Shown: positions 23,401-35,899 of the stretch, piece by piece
How positions within the stretch are numbered: the first letter of the stretch is position 1
Layout of the letters: every line of letters starts with the position of its first letter
Assembly (NCBI GenBank): GCA_032718475.1
Contig: JAUCBJ010001536.1
Coordinates: forward strand, 1-61,083
DNA: 61,083 bases
Origin: Nemertoderma westbladi
Taxonomy: Eukaryota > Animalia > Xenacoelomorpha
Direction of reading: 5' to 3'
Made by a program: the position numbers and the translations under genes
Notes under the pieces: generated by a model
What the model was told of the DNA's origin: nothing
The model's database searches: none
Seen by the model: only the letters and a program-made list of their open reading frames with translations

Positions 23401-24692
23401 GGATTGAACCAGGAACATCGGCCCTAAAAGAACAAAGGAAGGATGAACCAGGAACATCGACTCTAAAAGAACAAAGGAAGATTGAACCAGGAACATCGGC
23501 CCTTAAAGAACAAAGGAAGGATTGAACCAGGAATATCGGCATCGGCCCTACAAGAAAAAAGGAAGGATTGAAACAGGAACATCGGCTCTAAAATAACAAA
23601 GGAAGGATGAACCAGGAACATCGGCTCTAAAAGAACAAAGGAAGGATGAACCATGAACATCGGCTCGAAGAGAACAAAGGAAAGATCGAACCAGAAATAT
23701 CGGCCCTTAAAGAACAAAGGAAGGATTGAACCAGGAATATCGGCATCGGCCCTACAAGAAAAAAGGAAGGATTGAAACAGGAACATCGGCTCTAAAATAA
23801 CAAAGGAAGGATAAACCAGGAACATCGGCCCTAAAAGAACAAAGGAAGGATAGAACCAGGAACACCGGCCCTAAAAGAACAAAGGAAGGATTGAACCAGG
23901 AACATCGGCTCTAAAAGAACAAAGGAAGGATTGAACCATGAACATCGGCCCTAAAAGAACAAAGGAAGGATTGAACCAGGAACATCGGCCCTAAAAGTAC
24001 AGAGGAAGTATTGAACCATGAACATCGGCCCTGAAAGAACAAAGGAAGGATTGAACCAGGAACATCGGCTCTAAAAGAACAAAGGAAGGATTGAACCATG
24101 AACATCGGCCTTAAAATAACAAAGGAAGGATTGAACCAGGAACATCGGCTCTAAAAGAACAAAGGAAGGATTGAACCATGAACATCGGCCTTAAAATAAC
24201 AAAGGAAGGATGAACCAGGAACATCGGCCCTAAAAGAACAAAGGAAGGATTGAACCAGGAACATCGGCTCTAAAAGAACAAAGGAAGGATTTAACCATGA
24301 ACATCGGCCTTAAAATAACAAAGGAAGGATGAACCAGGAACATCGGCCCTAAAAGAACAAAGGAAGGATTGAACCAGGAACATCGGCCTTAAAATAATAA
24401 AGGAAGGATGAACCAGGAACATCGGCCCTAAAAAAACAAAGGAAAGATTGAACTAGTAACATCGGTTCTAAAAGAACAAAGGAGAGATTGAACCAGGAAC
24501 ATCGGCCCTAAAAGAACAATGGAAGGATTCAACCAGGAACATCGGCTCTAAAAGAACAAAGGAAGGATTGAACCATGAACATCGGCACTAAAAGAACAAA
24601 GGAAGGATTGAACCAGGAACATCCGCCCCAAAGAAGAAAGGAAGGATTGAACAAGGAACATCGGCTCTAAAAGAACATAGGAAGTATTGAAC
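20448..24692. repeat. ~40-bp minisatellite, ~105 copies, made of the RSPH4/6 intron/exon junction
   Basis: Minus-strand unit ctttgttcttttAG|ggccgatgttcctggttcaatccttc = last 14 nt of intron plus first 26 nt of exon. Confidence 0.97.
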
Positions 24693-24785
24693 AAGCTAAC
24701 TAACTAAATAATTACCCCTACAATATTTTGTTTTAAAATAAACTTAAACTACAACAAAGTAATGTTGATTGTAGTAGAAACTAAC

Positions 24786-24895
24786 CTGGGGTAGTATATG
24801 CTGGACGTGATGTACCCAATTACCTAATGAAGAGTCGCATAACTCCCTAGCCGAAACTCCCTCAAACTCAGGGTTCTCGATAAAGTTCTCACGCG
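24786..24895 (-). CDS. RSPH4A: RSPH4/6 exon (most 5' one found in window)
   Basis: attgcAG / GTTAGT; [36 protein letters not shown]. Confidence 0.93.
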
Positions 24896-25639
24896 CTGCA
24901 ATACAAACACATAACAATTTATATTCTAACATCATCAATAATTGTGATATTGATTGATAATTAATTGTCTATAAGAGCGACGTTGGTGCAAACTGTTGAT
25001 TTTTCTAAACACTATAAAGGGTTGCTATAGTATTTTGTGATCCATCGATAGTCTTTGCTGTAACATACGGTAGTGGATAGATAGACAGAAATAGGATACC
25101 TTAACAGAGGTGAGGCATTCAATTACACATTGTGGGGCCACATTGCATTTTGAAACTGCAAAATTTATTAACAATAATTTATTGTTCAATAGTTTTAAAA
25201 AGGGCCTTCAAAAGTTATTAAACCTTGACGATGAGATATTCAGCGCCTCCTAGCGGCTGACCAAGAAATTATCACATTATTGAATAAAAGAACATTTCTA
25301 TAGGTCATTCTGTGAAAGTGTCATCAAAATTTAAATAGCGATTCAAAAGTTATTAAGCCAAAATGAAGTGAGATTTAGCGCCACCTAGCTGCGGACCATG
25401 AAAATTACAGAACCAAAATTCTCTAAACTTTCTAAAAATGCTATGGGCTAACATCAAATTAAAAAACAATTGACTGAGCCGTTGCTAACTAATATTGGCG
25501 TGCAAACATTGATGAACTGTCGGACGGAAAGGACAACGACAACGCCAATTTGGCCCGCCGATTTTGCCCTTTATTAAACTTGATACTAAGGATCGCATAC
25601 TTCGTGGCTCGCCCCACAGTTTGTTAGCCTTTCAGTTGT

Positions 25640-26379
25640 TGCAGGAACTGATTTCTGTCACCTACCTGCCTACCGGTACGGATAATCAGATTTAGAACTA
25701 ACAGGCAATCTGTACTGCTGTAACAGTATCAGTGTATTGAAATTAGAACTTCAACTTCCTACTATCAGACCGAATGACTTGTAAGGCAGTAAGGCAGGCT
25801 ATATATATCATGTATATCAGTATATGGGCAGACGGGTTCCTGCAGACCGTGGTGGTACTGTGCTGACTGCTGGACTGCTGCTGTGTGCTGTGTGTGCAGG
25901 TGTGGTAAGTACAGAAGTACAGTCAAGGGCAATAGGCTATTCGGTACGGGTAGTGCGTAGCTGCGTAGTGATGTAGAACGGTTTGTGTAAAAATAGCATC
26001 CCCCATTTGCCATTCCCCCCATACCAGCATACTGCTGTACTGCAGTACTGCCATACCAGCATACCACAGCCAGCCAGCATTTTAACATTGCAGTACAGTA
26101 CAGCAGTATTGGTATTGCATATTGGGACAGTGCAGCACTGCCTGACTGCAGCCAGGCAGCAGTGGGTTAGGCATAGCAGTAGCATATGGTGATAGGCGGA
26201 ATTGCCTAGCCTCTAGGCCAACTAATTTTGCTCGAATTTTAATTTGGTGGCTGGCGTAATTCAGTAATTGACTTATCTAGGCTAAATAGTAGGCCTACCG
26301 GTACGGTATAATTATTTGCTCTTTCTTTACCGGTCTGGTTGGTACGGCCTCATTTTATTGATAAACCGTAAACGAAACG
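25640..26379 (+). promoter_or_regulatory. Probable CAPZA promoter/5' region with palindromic low-complexity motif island
   Basis: Dense taggccta, accggt, gtac, cagcagta motifs directly upstream of ATG; same signature before NDUFB2 and RPA2. Confidence 0.45.
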
Positions 26380-27246
26380 ATGTCTGGGTATTACGAAGAA
26401 ATTTCAGACGACGATAAAATCAGAATATCGTCCAACTTCCTCCTCCACTCGCCTCCGGGCGAGTTTAACGAGGTCTTTAACGACGTGAGAATCCTTCTTA
26501 GCAACGACGAGCTACTCAAAGGGAAAGCGAGCGCTGCTTGCGCCAAATACAACAAGGATCAATACACCCCGTGTAAGTTAGAGGGAGTCGACCATCTAGT
26601 CTTGGTGACCGAGTACGGTGACCAAGGCAACGGGAGGTACCTGGACCCCCGTAGCGGCCAGACCTTCCATTACGACCACCTCCGCAAGGAGGCGAGCGAC
26701 CCCCAACCAGCCGAGGTCGCCAACCCAGACACCGAGCCCACCCGACTGGCGGTGGACACCGAGTTGGCGGAATACCTCAAGGACCACTACAAGTACGGGG
26801 TGAGTGCGGTCTACGGTAAAGCCGACGCCAACCAGCTGATAGTCTGCGTAGAGAGCCATCAGTTCCAGCCGAAGAATTACTGGAACGGGCGATGGAGGTC
26901 GTTGTGGGTGGCGGATATTGGCGATGAAGTTGTCGAGCTTGTCGGCACGCTTAGAGTCCAAGTCCATTACTACGAGGACGGCAATGTACAGCTGGTCTCC
27001 TCCAAGTCCGTTCGGGAGAGTCTAAAAGTGACCGGAGCGGCCATGGCTAAGGGGATAGTGAAAGCGATTCGGGAGGCGGAAACGGATTACCAGTCGGCGT
27101 TGAGTGATAATTACAATACCATGTCGGACACGACGTTCAAGGCGATGCGGCGGGCGCTACCGGTGACCAGGAAGTTAATGGAATGGGACAAACTGGGGGG
27201 TTATCGTATAGGGAAGGAGTTACAGCAGGGGGCGGGAAACCGGTAG
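26380..27246 (+). CDS. CAPZA: F-actin capping protein subunit alpha, intronless CDS
   Basis: SPPGEFNEVFNDVRILL, ESHQFQPKNYWNGRWRS, QVHYYEDGNVQLVS, TMSDTTFKAMRRALPVTR; full length 288 aa. Confidence 0.98.
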   Translation: MSGYYEEISDDDKIRISSNFLLHSPPGEFNEVFNDVRILLSNDELLKGKASAACAKYNKDQYTPCKLEGVDHLVLVTEYGDQGNGRYLDPRSGQTFHYDHLRKEASDPQPAEVANPDTEPTRLAVDTELAEYLKDHYKYGVSAVYGKADANQLIVCVESHQFQPKNYWNGRWRSLWVADIGDEVVELVGTLRVQVHYYEDGNVQLVSSKSVRESLKVTGAAMAKGIVKAIREAETDYQSALSDNYNTMSDTTFKAMRRALPVTRKLMEWDKLGGYRIGKELQQGAGNR

Positions 27247-30149
27247 AGACCTGCACATCGATTCCTTGTTATTATCCGACTGACTTAATGGCTTTAATTA
27301 TATTCGAGGTTAAATTACGTTTCTCTTCTTATAGTAAATAAATAACCTAATATTTATAGTCAGTTAGAATTAATATCGAATAGCAAACCAACACCGTCCA
27401 GAGTCAGACAAATATAGTTGGTTAAATTCACAATGAATGTTTTTGATGTTTCCCTATTTGTGAGATAATGTTATAAACCTACCTGACCCAGCCGGGACTA
27501 AACATATTCGCATTCGCACTAATAAACACCCTGTGTGTTTGGTAGATTGTCTTTTATATACAACATTTTGTTATGATCCACTTTCGGTTACTCCCATTGC
27601 ACTGATCCAAGGCTCATTTGAGACGCAATGATCGATTTAGTGGGAGTAGAAAATAACTCGGGAAGAATTCTTAGTTCTCGAGATACCTACCATACAGGTG
27701 TCTCCTACCATTAGGAGACGAGGCCTTTACTCACACACTGACTGTGCGAATATGTAATGAGTAAGATTTAGAACATTATCTGACAAATAGAAAACAAAAC
27801 ATGTGAATTTCATCAACAATCCTACGACTCTTCGGTTGAGATTGTAAGTCAACTTCAATATCAGCTGTTATTATCAAGAGGATATCAACGCAAATTTAAA
27901 TTTATAAACCTATAATGTTCACATTAATTTATTACTTTTTTTATTTGTAGAGGAAGTTTTTAAGAATCTACAAATATTGTTTGTGTTGGAATTATATCGG
28001 AATTAGTTTTACATCATATGAACCGACTAGGTTTACATTAATAAATCCTCTGGAAGTTTAGTTAGTAGTTTATAGGGATAGCCGAATATTTAGTTATCTA
28101 ACGTAAAAACCAATTTAATAACATATCGTTTATAAATAGTCCTCGGTGAACTAAGCCGAGTTGTTATTGGGAGTTTTTCGCTACCAGTTGGTCAACATAT
28201 TTTTTGTATTTCAGTTTTGGACAATAATTTATTATCTTCTGATTATCTTCTGCTGTTATGTTTCACTTTGGAGTTTAATTCGTGTGAATAATTTCCCAAG
28301 AAAACCCAGAAGAGGGTTTCTTGAAGAGGGTAAATCTAACCAAAACAATAAACAATCTGTACAGGTTACGGGGAAATGCTATTATAAATAATTAAAGCAG
28401 GATAAATTTATAGAATATATAAAATATACAGTTAAAAATCTTTATTAATGCAATTAAATAAAGTGAAAAGCGGCTATTCTTAACGGGTGGGCAGATTTCA
28501 ATAGTAAGTAATTATATTAACAAGATTATTTTGTACTAGAGTTGCGTTACGTAAGTCGTTGTTACAATAATTAATTTATTTTATGTTGTAACTGTCTGCG
28601 TCTATCTATCTATGTACACTACTGTCACTCACTCACTGGCTATAAACCAACGTATTGAATAGTAATGTTAGTTTCCGTAACTCACTAACGTTACATTGTT
28701 ACAGCACTCATGTATCTCTCTGTTTATCTTTCATTCCATTCTATAGATGTCTGTTAATTATTTATTAAGTATATAAATTATTAGTAACTATATTTTATGG
28801 GCGAATTTGGTAAACAGATAATTATTAGTATTGGTGACTTCCCCATTGATTGGGCAAATGGAATTGGTTTGTTCTGAAGTTACCTTGGGAGGGGGGGGGG
28901 GGGGGGGGGGGGTGATATTTAGTCCAACATTTAACTTACTCGAACCCTCTTTATTTCCCCCAAATCCCAAAAGTATGTACTGCCTAGGTCTGTAGTACTA
29001 CACGAAAACATTCTACATTCCAGTGCCTTACTAACTGTTCATATAGTTACATTGTGGGTTTTGTATCGTTCTGTAATAGTTTCCAACACGTATATAAAGA
29101 TGGATGGGAGTGGCTATTGTATTTAATTACTCTCAGAGGATAATTAATGTTGTGCTGTGTTTATTATATTAATTATATTTATATACGCTAATTATAATTT
29201 AATGATTGAACCATAATATTATTATTACAGAGCTATAAATATTAACATTGACTTTTTAACTTATTTGGGCGGTGGGTCTCAATAAAACTACGATACTACG
29301 TAACTAACGCGATAAGCAAGGGGTTTCAGGTTCAGCTGGGTGCACGATTTGAGAACATGAACCAATCTTATGCCCTGTGTGGAAATGAAATTGAAACAGT
29401 ATGCCCATACTACGCCACCGGGAAATGGCTTTGATCTACTCAGTTAATAAATCCCCTAATGTAAGTATAAAGTGGTGCAACGTGTGGGGTTGGGTTACAC
29501 CAGGTCAGTTACAGCGGGAACAACTAATCTATAAAATTACACTAACGCCTCATTTTTCTTTACTAGTACTTCAGTGCCGTCTGCAGTCAGTTTAAAGACC
29601 ACATAGAGAAAATTAAAGTTACGTCTAGAATATTTTATACTAAATCTAGTCTTGTGAAACACAATAGAAAACCATTTAATAGAATAACGAACACAATAGA
29701 ACACCATTTAATAGAATAACGTCCCTGCCAGTATAATAGGCAGGTTCGTGAGTATTTCGTCAAACCTTTTTGTCCCAATATATCTATGTATCTATCGCTA
29801 TCCATGTGCTATAAATCAGCTACAGTTTCGAGACTGCTTAGTTATATAGGTCGTCAGGGTTTATGGAAAATATTTTAAGACAGAACAGGACGTGCGCAAT
29901 GATACTTATGGTTATAATAATGGAGACGAGAACAGCGTTGACTATACATAGTATCTAAACAACATAGTTAAGAGTAGGCCGTACATTTTGAACGTCATAT
30001 TATATGCACCGGCAGCGGATAGGGTTTGGTGACCAAATGTAGAGGACGAGCGTATCGAGGGTTGTAATGCAGACGAGTCTCTGCTGATACTCTTAGATAA
30101 TTCGCCATAACAACAATTCATGTCACACTCACAAGCCTTCTATTCAAAA

Positions 30150-30762
30150 ATCCCGGGCCCCCGATATAATTCAACTCACTGATTGGTTGGTTATCTCAGG
30201 GCCCGAATTATTAAGTCGGGGCCCGAGATAATTAAACTCATTGATTGGTTGGTTATCTCAGGCCCGAATTATTAAGTCGGGGCCCGAGATAATTCAACTC
30301 ATTGATTGGTTGGTTAACTCAGGACCCGAATTATTAAGTTGGGCCCGAGATAATTCAACTCACTGATTGGTTGGTTATCTCAGGGCCCGAATTATTAAGT
30401 CGGGGCCCGAGATAATTCAACTCATTGATGGGTTGGTTATCTCAGGGCCCGAATTATTAAGTCGGGGCCCGAGATAATTCAACTCATTGATTGGTTGGTT
30501 ATCTCAGGGCCCGAGTTATTAAGTCGGCCCCGAGATAATTCAACTCACTGATTGGTTGGTTATCTCAGGGCCCGAGTTATTAAGTCGGCCCCGAGATAAT
30601 TCAACTCACTGATTGGTTGGTTATCTCAGGGCCCGAATTATTAAGTCGGGGCCCGAGATAATTCAACTCATTGATTGGTTGGTTATCTCAGGGCCCGAAA
30701 TATTAAGTCGGGGCCCGAGATAATTCAACTCATTGATTGGTTGGTTATCTCAGGGCCCGATA
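30150..30762. repeat. ~60-bp tandem repeat x10 with internal inverted repeats
   Basis: Unit gggcccgagataattcaactcattgattggttggttatctcagggcccgaattattaagtcg; gagataa/ttatctc arms, GGGCCC palindromes, reverse CCAAT. Confidence 0.95.
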
Positions 30763-31183
30763 TCATAAAAAAAATATTTGTTTAATGTCCCTTTAGGTGC
30801 TCCGCACTACTCGGAACAATAATTAACGAACAACTGAATAATAATAATTAACATTGTAACATTCATAACAGATAATATTATAGTAACAGCATAGGCCTAC
30901 TACTAGGCCATATGCCTATATACTGTACTACTGTACCGGTAAGCTTATAGCAAAATTTATTACAGTATACAGCAACAGCAGTATTACCGCCGGCGATACT
31001 GTATTTTTATTATTTCTGTATTTGTCAGTTACTGAGTTAGTACTGTCAGACTAGTAGGCCTATTTCCAGACCAGATTCTGAGATTATAGTATCATTTGAG
31101 GTACAGGTAAAAATTTTAACAAATTCTGGAATTACCGGTACTGAATTACTTAATATTTGAAGAAATCAATTAATGATGCTACT

Positions 31184-31651
31184 ATGAATAGCGCTAGAGC
31201 TATCAACAGTTCGAGGTTGCGACGGAACCAGTCATTCCGTCTCACCTCGGTACCGGCACGTCGCTCCTCGGAATGGATGACAGCTAAACCGTTACCGGGA
31301 GAGAAATACGTGCGATACGGGTACTGGAACGGTAAACCATACGAAGGTAAACCGGGCCCGAGAGGTAAATCGTTCGCCGGATGGATGGACTTCGACGGAG
31401 AGGTTACTGGACAGGTATACTACCGGAGTTACCTACCGGAAGAAATGCGGAGAAAGTTCACCGGACATCACTTCAGTATGGGGGCCCTGTTCCTGGCCGC
31501 GATATGGGCTACTATATTCTGGAATCTTTGGTGGTACGGTAAGGAGATGTTTTTTGGTCATCAGATTCATTCGAAGTACACCGGGAAGGCCAAACCTATG
31601 CTGGCAGCGATGACAGACGAGGAGTTAGGTCTGCCTCCTTTACATCCATAA
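31184..31651 (+). CDS. NDUFB2: NADH dehydrogenase 1 beta subcomplex subunit 2 (AGGG), elongated, intronless CDS
   Basis: R/S-rich mitochondrial presequence, YR motif, TM with W-x2-I-x-W-x2-W, FFGH and TDEELGLPP C-terminus; first ATG 31184. Confidence 0.82.
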   Translation: MNSARAINSSRLRRNQSFRLTSVPARRSSEWMTAKPLPGEKYVRYGYWNGKPYEGKPGPRGKSFAGWMDFDGEVTGQVYYRSYLPEEMRRKFTGHHFSMGALFLAAIWATIFWNLWWYGKEMFFGHQIHSKYTGKAKPMLAAMTDEELGLPPLHP

Positions 31652-31944
31652 CAACTCGATACGACTGCCCCTTCTGTTCATATGTCTCGTTTTTATTGTA
31701 CTGGTGTACGTCACATTTACTACTATAAGTTTAGTTATTATAGTTTTATAACCACGTGAATTTAGATTATTTAATTACAGCATTGAATATATTTAGTAAG
31801 TTGATAATTTTCATGAGTTGAATTTTAAGATAGGCCTACTCATCATCCGACTCACTACAGGGGAACTACCTGGTCTCCAATATTTATTTATGTTTATTGC
31901 TGTAGGCCTACCGATTACGAGAAAGGAGCATGATCCCGTTTCAG

Positions 31945-32030
31945 TGACGGTGTTTCTATCAACCAAATTAATAAAGACAACGCAGATGGAGTTGATGGCG
32001 TACCTGCTGAGGTATTTTCGATCCATGTGG
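31945..32030 (+). mobile_element. Tiny LINE (RTE-like) remnant
   Basis: SINQINKDNADGVDGVPAEVF resembles the pre-RT motif AI.QLK..KA.G.DGIPAEV. Confidence 0.4.
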
Positions 32031-32167
32031 ATGATATTGGAGTTAAGCTATCAGCTGCCTACTCCGAAAAATAAAATTATAACCTATTCTATTAGCTGTA
32101 GTAATTTGTTGTTTTGTTAATTTGTTTTTTTTTGTTTTGCTTTATTTTGGTTAGAATAACGTGGCAC

Positions 32168-33127
32168 CAGGCTTGTTTGATTTAAATAAATCATTTGATT
32201 TATATCATTGATTTAAATCACCTAAAAAAAATAAAAAAAATTTTTAATTTTTTTTTTTTTGTAAAATCATATATTTTATATGAAAACATTGTGAAGACTT
32301 TTCTTTATAAACCAAATAAACAAATAATAAACAATAATTCACCTTTTGTAATGGGTTTGGTTCTTAATGAGGTGATGAGTGTCTGGTTCCGAACGCTTGG
32401 GGCTACTACTACTGGAGGGGTAGTAGATGCACTCCCTGATACATCAGTTGTCACTGGTACTGCTACACGATCTCCACCTTAAATCTAAGTTGCACAGCAG
32501 CCTGTTTTGATTTTTTTTTCATGATTTTTATCAACCATGCTTTGCGGCCAGGAGAAACATTGCATTATTGATTTATTAATGAGTCAAATTACCTACATAT
32601 ACTTACATGAAAATACAGTACCATGTCTCACGTCCAAACCATACATACAGCAAGATTGCATTTCAATAAAACAACTTTTAATAAAATTGTAACAATTGGG
32701 AAAGCAGGCTGCTGTGCAACTTATAAGGAATGCGGCAAAGAATTGCAAGGCATACCTAGTGATAGTGAAGTGACTCCATTAAAGCACACATAATAAGTAT
32801 TTGTTAACTGAATGTGATTTAAGAAGGTGGAGATCGTATAGCAGTACCAGTGACAACTGATGGATCATGGAGTGCATCTACTCTACCACTACCAGTAGCC
32901 TCAAGCGTTCAGAACCAGACACTCCTCATTTAGAACCAAACCCATTATAAAAGGTGAATTGTTTATTATTTGTTTAGAAATCTTCAGAATGTTTTCATAT
33001 AAAATGTAATTTTACAAAAAAACTGATATAAATAAAAAAAACTGATTTAAATCAAAAAAATCCGTTTTAAATCAAGAAATCTGATTTTTTTTTATTTAAA
33101 AAAAAATCATGATTTTTATCAACTCTG
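32168..33127. mobile_element. Non-autonomous hAT-type element with foldback interior
   Basis: 8-bp flanking duplication cgtggcac (32160-67)/tgtggcac (33128-35); CAGG...CTG termini; gatttaaatc subterminal motifs; 32260-32480 inverted at 32825-33015. Confidence 0.75.
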
Positions 33128-33780
33128 TGTGGCACTATATAACCTGCCTTTCCTTACCTAAATTGACAATTTAACATTGAGACGAGAAATTAATTCGCCA
33201 AGATGAGATTTGCGTCATGTTTGCCCCACTGTCTCCATATGAGACAATTTCATCTCAATTTATTAATTATATTGAAAATTCTAATTCTTTTGGTTTAAGA
33301 CTTAAGTGACTGCGAGTATTTTATTTTATTCATTTTATTACGTCAGTGACGTGCCGACGTCCTTGCACTCTCCTACCGGAGGAATTGGAAAAGGGGGTGG
33401 CCATCATAGCTGTGCTGACTGTGCCGGACTTCCCCCCCCCCCCCCCCCCCCCCCCCACAAACGCCCGGCCCCTGTCTCTTTAAAGCATTAAGCATTCTTA
33501 CCGAAACAAAAACTCCCAAGGCCCATTTGTGGGGCTTCAACACACGACCCCCGGGCGGGGAGAAGTTAATTCAAGGCAATGGATTAAACCGCTGCGGCTT
33601 AAGTTTTTAATTTTGGTAGCGAAATTTGAGGATCATTTTTTTGGTAGATTCTTTCAAGGGGTAGCTATTGCCCCATACCCCTAGTACGTTAGTGCGTCCT
33701 TGGGGCCTATATGAACCCCGATGAAATAGTTGCTGCAATTAAATAACTGTATTAGGTTCCACAACATTTGTATCTGCAGA

Positions 33781-33862
33781 GGATGGAGATACAGTGCCAT
33801 GTTATTGCGGTATCCTTCGGGGTGACACCTTGCTTCTTTCCTCGTCACTGTTGTGGTGGTCA
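33781..33862 (+). mobile_element. Tiny RTE-like RT remnant
   Basis: DGDT...GILRGDTL resembles RT motif GVLQGDTLAP. Confidence 0.4.
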
Positions 33863-34670
33863 GTAAAATATATGGTTAATGACTGTCTGGTACACATCAG
33901 TATAATTACATAAAATTAAAAGTAGTGTCCGGCAAGCTTTGTCTAACCCATACTGGAAGAAATTCCATTATATTTCTCCGATTGTGGATAAAGAGTTATC
34001 ATGGCAGTTTTAATAGATAAGGCAGCCACTTCTGTAACCAACCAAAAACTCATTATTTAAAATTCTATATATTTTACATATGAATCATCTTTGATTTCGA
34101 GATCTGCTGAAGATCTGAGAATACGAAATTATCTGTTGATAGAAATTAGTCTTGAGATGAAATTGGGATTAATTGCTGACCGCGAACTGTTTGCGATGCA
34201 TTCAGTGGAGTGGGCCTATATACAATATGTTTTTGTAAAGTAATATTTCGGAGAGCAATATATATTGATTACAAGGAAACCAAATAGGTTTTATTACTGC
34301 GGAGTGCGAGTCCGATATGTATTTTGTTTTTGTTGTAATATGCAATTTATTCCACAAAATTGTCTTTTCACTTCCTCTTGCTTGCAGTAAACCAATGTAA
34401 TAGTTCCAGGTATGTACTGTAGTACTATACTATGTACAGTAGTTGGCATTTTGTACTAGTTGACTAGTTTGTGGTGTGGTGAGTCTGATAGTGTCAGTAT
34501 TCCTAATAATACTAGAGGATAAGCACATAACGGTACATAAGAGTGTTCACACCGAGTACATAATACATAAAACATAAGCACATAAGGCCTTAAGTAGGGT
34601 ACATCCTAGATTTTGCGCGGGAAAATGAGTTCTTTTCAGTTATTTTAATAATAGCCTATAATTATTATAT

Positions 34671-35652
34671 AGACGAGTCAATCTAACCGAAAAAGGGGGA
34701 CAACGCATAACAAATTCGCAATTCATCCAAACCAATTTTTTTTTATTCTACATTACCTTGTTAATACCCCCAAAAAAGTCTATAAAAATATATTATGCGG
34801 ATCACCTTCAATTTCCTGTTTCTTTCCTTAGCAACATGGATTTTACATAGCAACAAGGGGTCTATGGGTGGGATTTTCACCAAATTTGGTACATACAAAC
34901 TTGAAGTATGCACTTCTATATAGTTACCAATTTAGTTTCCAGAGCAACGGAAATTGGTCTAATAATTTAACCATTTTTAATACCAATTTTGCTGGTACAA
35001 TAGAAGGACCTTATTTACACAACTTCTCTACTAAACGGGTGGATGTAACCTCGCCCATCGGATTTATCGACCTCAAAAACCCTTATCCCCAAAAAATTTA
35101 TTTGTTATACAGTATGATAATCTATTGTGGTTTTTAAACTAAAAGAAATAAATAAATTACACCTAAAATTAATAGAGCAATCACAATTTTATTATGTGAA
35201 AAATCTTTACTAACATTAATGGAAATTATGAAATTTCCTTGCAGTGGAATTGTATAATTTTTTTTACAACGGTTACCTTATTAATATATCGTGAAGTTTT
35301 TGATATATTTAAAAATTTGATGCGACTTCTACAGTAGTTTCCGATATATAGCAATTAATGTGTAACACGCCAGTGTAAATATTACTAATTTCCCATTGAA
35401 TTACAGCTTATTGTGAAATTAATTAAATTATTCTGGAACATCACCAATTTGCACTTACTTTTCCCTACTGTTCCTTTTGTTTGGCTTGTGTTATGCAAAT
35501 TTACGCAGAATTTCCATGAATAAACATATGATCCGCAAAATAAAATTTTATAGACTTTTTTTTGGTCATTAATAAGGTAATATAGAATCCAAAATGTGTG
35601 GTTCGGATTGATTGCGAAATACTTATGGGTTTTTTGCTAGATTGACTCGACT
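34671..35652. mobile_element. MITE-like TIR element ~980 bp
   Basis: agacgagtcaatcta / tagattgactcgact termini with ~130 bp of diverged inverted homology. Confidence 0.7.
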
Positions 35653-35899
35653 AATAAGCTATTTTGTTTTAATAACAGACACAATGTGCGCTAGTGCTGG
35701 CGCTAACGCTGGTGCTAGCTGTTTAAAGTTTTCAGTTCTTTTAATTATTATTATTTTATAAATTTTAGCCTATTCTGTTCTCTCTTATTAATAATAACAG
35801 ACACAATATTTTAATTTAGTATTTTGATAATGATATTTATCACAAATGATAAATACGACAGTCTCTTCACAGTATGTAAATTAATTATTCGAAAAATTT

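Noticed and set aside
20554-24105. MFLVQSFLC-type ORFs
   Set aside because: Translations of the intronic minisatellite
29995-30108. Short minus-strand ORF MANYLRVSAE... as missing RSPH4/6 exon
   Set aside because: Only NYLR matches; remainder lacks AQIARISA and acidic tract
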